DNA of 64,000 nt from Stellaceae bacterium. Lineage in GTDB: Bacteria > Pseudomonadota > Alphaproteobacteria > ATCC43930 > CGMCC-115725. Below the pieces are notes generated by a model. That model saw only the letters and a list, made by a program, of their open reading frames with translations, was not told the DNA's origin and made no database searches. Positions 43,975 to 52,141 of the stretch are shown piece after piece (the first letter of the stretch is position 1; each line of letters starts with the position of its first letter). The translations under genes were made by a program, and so were the position numbers. The stretch spans positions 317-64,316 of the forward strand of contig DATFCQ010000051.1 in assembly GCA_035252905.1 (NCBI GenBank), written 5' to 3'.

Positions 43975-44256
43975 GCCGGCGCGGCGGGCGCCGACGGCTC
44001 GTCCACTATTTTTTAAGATCGGAAGCGGAAATTCGCGATCGTCCGCTTCGCGCCGGACCCTCGCTTGATGCCGATGGCGCCGCGAGATCACGACGTAACT
44101 TGCCGTTTTGACCTGATCAATCGGGAGCACGATTACCCTTACGCAATGGTGAGGCTCCTCCCGAGCGGATCATCGAAAAGAGAGGGTGCTCGGACAACGG
44201 GTAGCCCCGTGTCGGGGATGTGCTCACAACGCCTCAACCTAAAGGGGGACACAGCG

Positions 44257-45921
44257 ATGCAACTCAATCCCCGGCAAGTCACTTTGCACAGCCTGCTGCT
44301 TGGTCGCCTGTTCCGAATTCCCGACTATCAACGAGCCTACGCATGGGAGACCAAACAGCGAGGAGACCTCTTCAACGACATTGATGAGGTGCAGCGGTCG
44401 GGACAGGATCACTTTATGGCTACGGTGGTGTGTTTGGCGCGGGATAAACGCCAGATCGTCGCGGACGAGTACCAAGCAGTCGATGTCGTCGACGGTCAGC
44501 AACGTCTGACAACTCTGGTAATCTTGCTCAAAGCAGTTGAGAAGGCTCTGGACGCAAAGCAATCCGATGAAGGGAAAATCAAGCGCGAAATTGGCGAGCT
44601 ACTTGTCAAAGGCGACGAGCACTCCCTGCTCCTTCTTCAGACCAACCACGATAGCAGTAGCGTATTCATTGATTATCTTCGCCGAGGTCGCATTCATAAT
44701 GCAAAAAATATCAAAACAGCAGCTGACTATAATTTGGTTATGGCAGCAATTGAGTGCGAGTTGTTCGTGAGTCGGTGGCAAGAAGAGTCGGGTCTAATCG
44801 CTCTAGTGGCGATACTAAGAAATAGATTATCATTAATATATCACGAACTACTCGATGAATCCGTTGTATATAGGGTATTTGAAGTACTTAACAGCCGTGG
44901 CCTTGATGTTAAATGGATAGATAAAGTCAAGAGCCAGCTAATGGCTCTAATTTTCATTCACGCAGATAATGGTGCTCGCGCAGATGCGATTAATGAGATG
45001 CATGTGATCTGGAAGGACATCTACTGGACGCTTGGACTTCGCGGTGATCTAGGGGACGAAGCGCTGCGCTTTGCCGGGACGTGGAAGGCACCTCAACGCC
45101 CAAATCGCGCACTGAGTCAGGAGGCAGCGTCAGAAGCCATACTTGGTGCAGCCGGAACAGCGCTGAGCACAATCAACGATGCGGGTCGCTGGCTGAAAGC
45201 CGTCGTCGAGGCAGTGAACAAGCTAAATCGAAACGTCCGTTTGAGCGCAGTCACCCGGATTGTCCACGCTCGTTTTGTTGCGACCGCGATCCTATTGCGG
45301 GAATTCCCCCCGGATATCGAAGCGCGCCTTCTCGGTCAATGGGAACGAGTCACGTTCCGCATCTTCGGGCTCTACGGTGCTGACACTCGCTTTAAAGTTG
45401 GTGACTATATCCGGCTAGGATATGATGTAATCGCCCGAAAGTTAGGGCCCGAACCGATCTCCGCTGCTCTGAAGAAGTTGGGTAATGGCTATTCGATTGA
45501 GGAAATATGGGAAGATATCGATTGGACGCAGTGTTACGAAGGTTGGACAGAAGAACTTCGGTACCTCATGTTTCGATACGATGAATATCATGCAAAGAAG
45601 GCCGGAGAAAAGATCAATATCGGACAATGGAATAAGATATGGGAGGTCGATCCGTCCAAATCGATTGAACACATTACGCCGCAAAATTCGGAAGAGGACT
45701 ACGTGCACCACCTCGGGAATCTGACAATGTTACCGCCCGGTGTAAATTCATCGCTCAAAGACAAACCACCAGCAGAAAAGGCGGCAACATACAGACAATG
45801 TGGTTTGCGGGGCACGGTAGCCGTTGCGAACATGATCGAGGCCAGAACCTGGAACGAGGCTTCTGTACTGGCTCGCGCCGCCGAAATCGAAGCGTTTGTG
45901 CGGGAGGAATGGGCGGATTAA
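44257..45921 (+). CDS. DUF262 (ParB-like NTPase) plus DUF1524 (His-Me/HNH-like nuclease) protein, GmrSD-type
   Basis: Within ORF 44065..45921. ATG 44257 has AAGGGGGA upstream. RIPDYQRAYAWETKQRGDLFNDI and VDGQQRLTTLVILL mark DUF262; IEHITPQNS...HHLGNLTMLPPGVNSSLKDK marks DUF1524. GC falls to about 40% in 44700-44940. Confidence 0.88.
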   Translation: MQLNPRQVTLHSLLLGRLFRIPDYQRAYAWETKQRGDLFNDIDEVQRSGQDHFMATVVCLARDKRQIVADEYQAVDVVDGQQRLTTLVILLKAVEKALDAKQSDEGKIKREIGELLVKGDEHSLLLLQTNHDSSSVFIDYLRRGRIHNAKNIKTAADYNLVMAAIECELFVSRWQEESGLIALVAILRNRLSLIYHELLDESVVYRVFEVLNSRGLDVKWIDKVKSQLMALIFIHADNGARADAINEMHVIWKDIYWTLGLRGDLGDEALRFAGTWKAPQRPNRALSQEAASEAILGAAGTALSTINDAGRWLKAVVEAVNKLNRNVRLSAVTRIVHARFVATAILLREFPPDIEARLLGQWERVTFRIFGLYGADTRFKVGDYIRLGYDVIARKLGPEPISAALKKLGNGYSIEEIWEDIDWTQCYEGWTEELRYLMFRYDEYHAKKAGEKINIGQWNKIWEVDPSKSIEHITPQNSEEDYVHHLGNLTMLPPGVNSSLKDKPPAEKAATYRQCGLRGTVAVANMIEARTWNEASVLARAAEIEAFVREEWAD

Positions 45922-46024
45922 AACAGCGCGGTAAGGCTGGCTCCTGAATAGCGGCGCATGCGACCCGGACCAGGAACAGGTTGGACACGAAGAGTTCGCG
46001 CTACCGCTAGGCTTTACGCTGCAT

Positions 46025-47095
46025 TCACCAGCGCGCCGTCGCGCGGGCGCCGGGCGCGATGACCGCGTCCGGCAGAACCGACTCGTTCGCCATGTGCTGG
46101 TAGCTCTTGCGGGCAAACCACAGCGCATAATCGCCGAAGCGGATCGGCGGGTATTTCGGCGGGGTGTCGGCCGTGCGGCAGGTCGGCAGGCAGTCGATGA
46201 TCGTGTCGTGATCGGGGTCGCAGAAGAACGGGATCGCATAGCGCACGCGGCCGGAGACGTTGCGCACGCGATGCGGCGTCGACAGAAACCGCTCGTTCGT
46301 CCAGCGATGCAGGATGTCGCCGCCGTTGACGACAAAGGCGCCCTCGACGCCGGGCGCGTCGACCCATTGCCCGCTCGGCAACAGGATCGACAATCCCGGC
46401 ACGGGGTTCGGCGGCAGCAGTGTCATGAACCCGGAATCGGTGTGCGGCACGAGGCTCGCCAGCGTTTCGTCCGACCCGTCGATGACCGGATAGCGCGACA
46501 TGCGCAGGATCATGTGCGGCTCGGCAAAACAGGCGTCGAAGAAATCGGCCGATAGGCCGAGCGCCGAGGCGTAGAGCGGCACCAGCCGGCGGCATAGCGC
46601 CTCCAGGGTCCGCATGTATGCGAGCGCCGTCTCGCGGAAGCCGGGCAGATCGTCGGGCCATTGGTTGAGGCCGTGAAAGCGCCGGTTGGCGATGACGGCC
46701 GGATCGTCGGGGGTCCGCTCGCGGCGCAGGAAATAGGCCTCGTTCCGGCTCGGCTTCCGGCCCGCTGCGGCGGCCTGCGGCGCCGGCGTCTCGGAGATCG
46801 GCAGATAGCCGATATTGTGCTCGTCGACCCTCAGCGCGAGCTTCTTCGCTATCGGCTGGGCATGAAACCCGGCTGCCGCCGCGTAGGTCCGGTCGATCAG
46901 CGCTTGCGGCACGCCGTGGCCCGCGAGGTAGTAGAAGCCGACCTTCTCGAAGGCCCAGCGCAATTGCGCGGCGGCCTTGCGACTGGCCTCGGCGTCGCCG
47001 GCGAGATGGCCGGCGACGTCAATCAGCGGGAGCGCGCCGGCAATCAGCGGCGCCGGCGGCAGATCGGTTGCAGCGAGCGCCATCGTTTGCGTCAT
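46025..47095 (-). CDS. 2-oxoglutarate/Fe(II)-dependent oxygenase (isopenicillin-N-synthase family)
   Basis: Within ORF 46025..47167; ATG 47095. The HTDSGFMTLLP (HxD) motif and STPHRV (distal His, Arg) are present. Confidence 0.85.
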   Translation of the reverse strand: MTQTMALAATDLPPAPLIAGALPLIDVAGHLAGDAEASRKAAAQLRWAFEKVGFYYLAGHGVPQALIDRTYAAAAGFHAQPIAKKLALRVDEHNIGYLPISETPAPQAAAAGRKPSRNEAYFLRRERTPDDPAVIANRRFHGLNQWPDDLPGFRETALAYMRTLEALCRRLVPLYASALGLSADFFDACFAEPHMILRMSRYPVIDGSDETLASLVPHTDSGFMTLLPPNPVPGLSILLPSGQWVDAPGVEGAFVVNGGDILHRWTNERFLSTPHRVRNVSGRVRYAIPFFCDPDHDTIIDCLPTCRTADTPPKYPPIRFGDYALWFARKSYQHMANESVLPDAVIAPGARATARW

Positions 47096-47340
47096 GTCGA
47101 GCCTCGCTCGAGTCGTGAGAGGTTGTGAAAGAACCAAGTCGGGGCGGAAATCGGCAAATTCCTCCATCGTCGTCCCGGCCCACGGGTCTGCGCGGAGCCT
47201 GTCTTCGGGCCACGCGAAGCGCGGACCCGGGGGCGCGGCCCGAGGATAAACTCCGGCCGGGACCCACTTCTCCGCCGCTCGGAATTTTCAGGCAATGGCA
47301 ATGCGGGACCACCCATCGATGGCTCGTGCCTCGGAAGCCT

Positions 47341-47366
47341 GGACCCCGGCCTTCGCCGGGGTGACG
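47341..47366. repeat. short GC-rich hairpin element (GGACCCCGGCCTTCGCCGGGGTGACG) within a repeat-mosaic intergenic region
   Basis: CCCCGGC-CTTC-GCCGGGG hairpin. The whole 47168-47462 spacer looks like a mosaic of dispersed Bradyrhizobiaceae-type elements (recollection, not searched). Confidence 0.4.
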
Positions 47367-47462
47367 AGAAGAGAGACGGCGTTGGGATCCTTTCACGCGC
47401 TCTGAGTCCGGGCTGCGATCACTGATATCCTGGTGAGGTGCGCGGCCGAGATCTGCGGCTGT

Positions 47463-47849
47463 TCAGGCCGCCGGCATGCGGTAAAGCGCGCATAGTTTGT
47501 TGCCGTCGGGATCGCGAAGGTAAGCGAGATACAGCGCGCCGGCGGCCCCCTGGCGCACGCCGGGCGGGTCTTCGATCGTCGTGCCGCCATTCGCGACCCC
47601 GGCTTTGTGCCAGGCGTCGACCTGTTTGGGATCGCTCATCGAGAAGCCGATCGTGCCGCCATTGGCATGGCTGGCCGGCTTGCCGTCGATCGGTCTCGAC
47701 ACCATGAAACGCCCGCCATTGTGCGTGTAAGCCAGCCGACCCCTGGCGTCCTCGACACCGGGCTGACCGCCCATCGCGGCAAACAGGGCATCGTAGAATT
47801 TTTTCGACCGGGCGATGTCGTTGCTCCCGACCATGATATGGCTGAACAT
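47463..47849 (-). CDS. VOC (glyoxalase) family protein
   Basis: 128-aa ORF with MFSHIMVGSNDIARSKKFYDALF...AYLRDPDGNKL. Confidence 0.85.
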   Translation of the reverse strand: MFSHIMVGSNDIARSKKFYDALFAAMGGQPGVEDARGRLAYTHNGGRFMVSRPIDGKPASHANGGTIGFSMSDPKQVDAWHKAGVANGGTTIEDPPGVRQGAAGALYLAYLRDPDGNKLCALYRMPAA

Positions 47850-48036
47850 TCCCGCTCTCTCCTCGTCAGAGTCGCACGCGCCCGCCGCCTCCGCCCTGCG
47901 AGCAGAACACGGCTTGCAGGCTGCGGTCAGTATGACAGGGCGATGCTCGGCAAAAGAGAAAAATCTCTGCTCGACTTTGGTCCGACGCTCGCTTCAGTGT
48001 GTATGATTGCCGCCGGCACAGCATGAGGGTGAGCGG

Positions 48037-49080
48037 GTGACGACAGCGAAGCCGCCGATACGCCTCGGCTTCTTCACCCGCCTGCTCGATCTGGCGGATG
48101 CGGCCGAGCGCTACCGCCTCGCCGTCGCGCAGATCGTGCACGCCGAGCGCTGCGGCTTCGATTCCGCCTGGGTCGCGCAGCACCATTTTCACGAGGACGA
48201 AGGCGGCCTGCCGGCGCCGTTCGTGTTCCTGTCCCGGGTCGCCGCGCAGACCACGCGGCTCCGCCTGGGGACCGGGATCGTCACCCTGCCGCTGGAATTG
48301 CCGATCCGGGTGGCGGAGGACGCCGCGGTGCTCGACCTGATGTGCGGCGGCCGCCTGGAGGTCGGGATCGGGCCCGGCGGCAATCTCTCGGCGTACACGG
48401 CGTTCGGCCTCGACAGCGCCGAGCGCACGGCGCTGTTGATCCGGCATCATCGCGTCTTGTGCGATGCCTGGGCGGGGCGGCCGTTGCCCGGCGGCGCCCG
48501 CCTGTATCCGGCCAATCCCGGCCTCCTGGACCGCGTCTGGCAGGCCACCTTTACCGTCGAAGGCGCCCGGCGGGCCGGTGCGGCGGGCGACGGTCTGATG
48601 CTGTCGCGCACGCAGCCCCGGCCGGCGGGAGCGCCCCACCTGTCGCTGCCCGACATCCAGCATCCGATGATCGACGCCTATCTGGAGGCATTGCCGCAGG
48701 GCCGCGCGCCGCGCATCCTCGCCTCGCGCACGGTCTTCGTCGCCGACGACCGCAAGGAGGCGCTGCTTCTGGCGGAAATCGGCCTGAAGCGGCAGCGGAC
48801 GCGGTACACCGCGATCGGCCGCACGGTCTTTGTCGAGGGCCTATCGGTGCACGACCAGATCGCCGCGATGGATATTCATATCGGCAATCCGGACGACGTG
48901 ATCGCCTCGTTGCGGGCCGACAGCATACTGGCCCGCGCCACCGACCTGACCGTTCAGGCGCATTCGATCGATCCGCCGCATCCCTTGATCCTGCGGTCGA
49001 TCGAACTGGTCGCCGGCGTGGTGGCGCCGGCATTGGGCTGGATTCCGAGCGGCGGAGCGGCCGCGCGGCACATTGCCTGA
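48037..49080 (+). CDS. LLM-class (luciferase-like) flavin-dependent oxidoreductase
   Basis: Within ORF 48007..49080; GTG 48037. IRLGFFTRLL...CGFDSAWVAQHHFHEDEGGLPAPFVFLS...LRLGTGIVTLPLE. Confidence 0.85.
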   Translation: MTTAKPPIRLGFFTRLLDLADAAERYRLAVAQIVHAERCGFDSAWVAQHHFHEDEGGLPAPFVFLSRVAAQTTRLRLGTGIVTLPLELPIRVAEDAAVLDLMCGGRLEVGIGPGGNLSAYTAFGLDSAERTALLIRHHRVLCDAWAGRPLPGGARLYPANPGLLDRVWQATFTVEGARRAGAAGDGLMLSRTQPRPAGAPHLSLPDIQHPMIDAYLEALPQGRAPRILASRTVFVADDRKEALLLAEIGLKRQRTRYTAIGRTVFVEGLSVHDQIAAMDIHIGNPDDVIASLRADSILARATDLTVQAHSIDPPHPLILRSIELVAGVVAPALGWIPSGGAAARHIA

Positions 49081-49109
49081 CGGCGAGCGAGGGGAGGATA
49101 ATCACAGGG

Positions 49110-49703
49110 ATGGACACGGACGTCATTGACGCGCTGGCCGGGATCAAGCCCGGCTCCGCATTGGACGCACTCCGCAACCGACGGCCGGATGCACGCGCGC
49201 AGGCGCAGGCCAGCTATCGCGCGCTGTTTGCGCCGGACGTTGCCGGCGGGGTCACCGCAACCGAGCGTTTCGCGGTGGCCGCCTTCGTCAGCGGTCTGCA
49301 TGGCGACGCGGAGACCGCTTCGTTCTACGCCGCCGGCCTCACCGCCGGCGGGGCATCGGCGGAATTGCGCGGCGCGATCGACGCGGCGATCGCGGCCGCC
49401 AAGGGGCACGGCCCCTATGGCGGCTATCCCGCCGGCCCGCTGAACCGCGAGGACGCCGCCGGACCGACCTATCGTGTCGCGGCGGAAACCCGCCGGGCGC
49501 TGGGATCGCGTCTCGCCGCCGCGTTCGCGCACATGCATCTGCTGGTGTTCCATCCGCGCGACGCCGCGCCGGAGGCGCTGCAGGCCTTATTGGATGCCGG
49601 CTGGTCGACGACCGACATCGTGATGTTGTCGCAGATCGCCGCCTTTCTGTCGTTTCAGATCCGGGTGGTCGCCGGCCTGCGCGCCCTGGCGGGCGCCGCC
49701 TGA
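49110..49703 (+). CDS. CMD (carboxymuconolactone-decarboxylase/AhpD-fold) domain protein without CxxC
   Basis: Within ORF 48342..49703; ATG 49110. MDTDVIDALAGIKPGSALDALRNRRPDA...DIVMLSQIAAFLSFQIRVV. I recall this family clustering with an LLM and an AhpD-like gene (Avi_7170-type, recollection). Confidence 0.78.
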   Translation: MDTDVIDALAGIKPGSALDALRNRRPDARAQAQASYRALFAPDVAGGVTATERFAVAAFVSGLHGDAETASFYAAGLTAGGASAELRGAIDAAIAAAKGHGPYGGYPAGPLNREDAAGPTYRVAAETRRALGSRLAAAFAHMHLLVFHPRDAAPEALQALLDAGWSTTDIVMLSQIAAFLSFQIRVVAGLRALAGAA

Positions 49704-49718
49704 CACACGAGGTCAACC

Positions 49719-50326
49719 ATGCCCGACACGATCCTTGAACCGCCGCCGCACACGGTTCCCGCCGTCTTCACCCGGGCGCTGCTCGATTGGCTGCCTTGGC
49801 TCGAACCGCTGGCGGTCGAGGCCCTGACCGAACGGCATAGGGCCGGCCTGGTGGACGCCGCGCGGGTCAAATCGCCGTATTTCCGGCTGCTGGCGCGCGA
49901 CCCCGACGCATTGCGGGCGCGCACGCTGACCGACAAGGACATCTTCTACAATACCGATGCCGGCCTGCCGCGGGCCGAACGCGAACTGGCCGCCGCCGCG
50001 ACATCGCGGTTCAACGGCTGCATCTACTGCGCATCGGTGCATGCGCGGTTCTCGGCGACCTATTCGAAGCGCGAGGACGACGTGCAGCGGCTGTTGGACG
50101 ACGGCATCGGCGCCGTCTCGGCGAGCGCTGGAATGCCATCGTCGCTGCCGCGGCGGCGCTCAGCACGACGCCGATCGCGTTCGGACCGCAGCATGTGGAG
50201 CGGCTGCGTCGCGCCGGGCTGGACGATCTGGCGATCGCCGACGTGATCCATGCCGCGGCCTTCTTCAACTGGGCCAACCGGCTGATGCTGTCGCTCGGCG
50301 AGCCGGCCATGGCAGCCGGAACCTAG
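49719..50326 (+). pseudogene. AhpD-like alkylhydroperoxidase-domain protein, disrupted by a -1 frameshift near 50112-50119
   Basis: ORF 49719..50246 is family-like up to ...NGCIYCASVHARF...LLDDGIGA and then becomes Arg/Ser-rich junk. The +2 frame from ~50111 reads RRLGERWNAIVAAAAALSTTPIAFGPQHVERLRRAGLDDLAIADVIHAAAFFNWANRLMLSLGEPAMAAGT*, a typical AhpD-fold C-terminus ending at TAG 50324-50326. The total span is 608 nt, one base short of in-frame. Confidence 0.75.
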
Positions 50327-50492
50327 CGCAAATTGCGCATCGGTTTGCAGGAGGTCTTCCTGCCGAGGGCAATTCGGCCCAGCGCCCGGGCTGCCGGCGA
50401 CACCCGGCTCCAAAGCCTCCCGGAATCGGCTGGCGGTTCGGAGGGAGGGCACGATAGGCTTGCCGAGACCTCGCTATACGGAGGAGGCCGAT

Positions 50493-50852
50493 ATGAGGGT
50501 CTTGATCAAGAGCGCGTGGGGCTCCGACGAATCGACAAAGGCTGCCTTTGCCTTTCTTCACGCCAACGCCTTCGCCGAGGCCGGGCACGAGGTCCAGATT
50601 TTCCTGCTCGGCGAGGCCGTAAACCTGATCAAAACGGAGTTGATGAACGCCGTAACGCCGGTCGGGTGGCCGCCTCTGTCCGAGATCATGTCAAAAACGA
50701 TAGGACATGGGATTCCGATCAACGTCTGAACCGCGTGCTCACGGGCCCGTGCGGTCCGCGACAGCGATCTCGAAGGCAAAAATGCCCGATTTGTGACTCC
50801 TCCGGATCTGGTCGCTCTGGTCGAATGGGCCGACAAGGTTCTGAGCGAGTGA
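50493..50852 (+). CDS. DsrE/TusD-family sulfur-relay protein with in-frame TGA at codon 79 (candidate selenocysteine, or nonsense pseudogene)
   Basis: ORF 50460..50729 with ATG 50493 (GAGGAGG 5 nt upstream). After TGA 50727-50729 the same frame continues for 40 codons (TACSRARAVRDSDLEGKNARFVTPPDLVALVEWADKVLSE) to TGA 50850-50852. The total of 119 residues matches the family's size. Confidence 0.7.
50730..50755 (+). promoter_or_regulatory. hairpin immediately 3' of the in-frame UGA (possible SECIS-like element)
   Basis: ACCGCGUG-CUCACGGGCC-CGUGCGGU: 8 bp including 2 G-U pairs, with a 10-nt loop containing GGG. It is closer to the UGA than a canonical bacterial SECIS apical loop, so it is only a candidate. 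Confidence 0.3.
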
Positions 50853-50878
50853 TTGTGTTCTCAGTGTATAACAATTTC

Positions 50879-52141
50879 TCAGATCACGCGATTTTCTGCC
50901 AGAACCGAAAGCGCGCCGCGAGACAACCCCATTTCGTCGCAGAAGATTTCCGCGTTGTGCTCGCCGATCAGCGGGGCCCGTCTGGAGATCCGCCAGGGAG
51001 AGCCGTTATAGAGGGCGGCCTCGCCCGGATAGAGGAAGCTGCGGCCGAGTTCCGGATGTTCCACCTCTTTCCAGAAGCCGCGGTCATGCAGATGGGGGTC
51101 GTCGAGGAGGGCTTCCGGGGCGCGCACCGCCCCCCAGGTGAAGCCGCGTTTCTGGGCCGCGTGATAAACCTCCTCGGCCGGCAGACTGGCAATGAAATTG
51201 GCGACGAGATCGTCGATGATATGGGACGCGCTCGCCGCAATGACCGCCGGGTCCCGGTATTTGGGGTCCTTGAGATCGCCGGCCATGCCGTAATTGTCGA
51301 GCAGATCCGCCAGTTCGCCGACATAGTTCGGGGTCAGCCGGCCGGCCACCAGCGCCGTGACGTAGGTGCCGTCACTGGCGCGGAACTGGGTGCGAGGCGT
51401 CGGACCGGCGGCATGATGGCGACCGGTCTGCCGTCGCAATACCTCTCCGCGGTACAGGTAATTGGCGATCGCCGCCTCGGTCGTCAGGGCGCAAGCCTCG
51501 TGGATCGAGGCGTCGATGGATTGCCCTTGCCCGGAAACCGTCCGATGGACCAAAGCGGCCATGATCGCGATATAGGCGAAGTGACAGCCCATGTGCCAGG
51601 CGTTGCCGCCGCCCGGAGCAATCGGCGGCGCATTCGGCGCGTCCGCCTCGTCATAGCCGCAGGACGCCATCTGCCCGCCTGCCGCCATGTGGAGCAGGTC
51701 GCTGGAGAGGTAGTCCCGCCAGGGGCCGGTCTGGCCGAACGGGGTCAGAGAGCACAGGATCAGCCGCGGGTTTTGCTTGCGGAGAGAGTCGTAATCGAGC
51801 CCCAGCGAGGCCAGGAAGCCCGGTCGGAAGGTTTCCAGAATGATGTCCGCCGTCGCCGCCAGACGCTGGAAAAGCCCTATTCCGTCCGCAGTTTCCAGAT
51901 TGAGGGTGATGCCCCGTTTGGAGGTATTGTAGTACCAGAACGACAGGCTGCGCTCCGGGTGCGGGATATCGTCGAGAAAGGGCCCGATACGGCGGCTGGG
52001 CTCGCCGCCGGGGGGTTCGATCTTGACGATTTCGGCTCCGAGATCGCCGAGAAGCTTGCCGCAGAACTGGCCGGTTTCGTCGGCAAGTTCCAGGACGCGG
52101 AGGCCGGCGAGCGGGCCGGGCCGGGTTTCGGGGTCGGTCAC
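50879..52141 (-). CDS. family III CoA-transferase (type 'A', resembles N-half of the fused gene)
   Basis: Within ORF 50879..52216. GTG 52141 overlaps the upstream stop (GTGA). LAGLRVLELADETGQFCGKLLGDLGAEIVKIEPPGG. Confidence 0.88.
   Translation of the reverse strand: MTDPETRPGPLAGLRVLELADETGQFCGKLLGDLGAEIVKIEPPGGEPSRRIGPFLDDIPHPERSLSFWYYNTSKRGITLNLETADGIGLFQRLAATADIILETFRPGFLASLGLDYDSLRKQNPRLILCSLTPFGQTGPWRDYLSSDLLHMAAGGQMASCGYDEADAPNAPPIAPGGGNAWHMGCHFAYIAIMAALVHRTVSGQGQSIDASIHEACALTTEAAIANYLYRGEVLRRQTGRHHAAGPTPRTQFRASDGTYVTALVAGRLTPNYVGELADLLDNYGMAGDLKDPKYRDPAVIAASASHIIDDLVANFIASLPAEEVYHAAQKRGFTWGAVRAPEALLDDPHLHDRGFWKEVEHPELGRSFLYPGEAALYNGSPWRISRRAPLIGEHNAEIFCDEMGLSRGALSVLAENRVI

Noticed and set aside
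44022-44049. Hairpin GAAGCGGA-(12 nt)-TCCGCTTC upstream of the GmrSD-like gene, considered as a terminator or island boundary repeat
   Set aside because: It is a short stem with a large loop, has no flanking U-run in the transcribed direction, and has no second copy at the other end of the islet (45922-46024). The evidence is insufficient.
41899-44130. Very long ORFs antisense to, or out of frame with, real genes. Examples are the 743-aa ORF at 41899..44130(-), 32206..34392(-), 38268..40577(-), 13650..15518(+), 23993..26035(+), 50333..52162(+), 58925..60811(-) and the upstream part of 8495..11338(-).
   Set aside because: Their translations are Arg/Ala/Gly/Pro-rich low-complexity text with no family motifs. 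They overlap well-supported genes. This is the expected stop-codon-poor artefact of DNA at about 67% GC.
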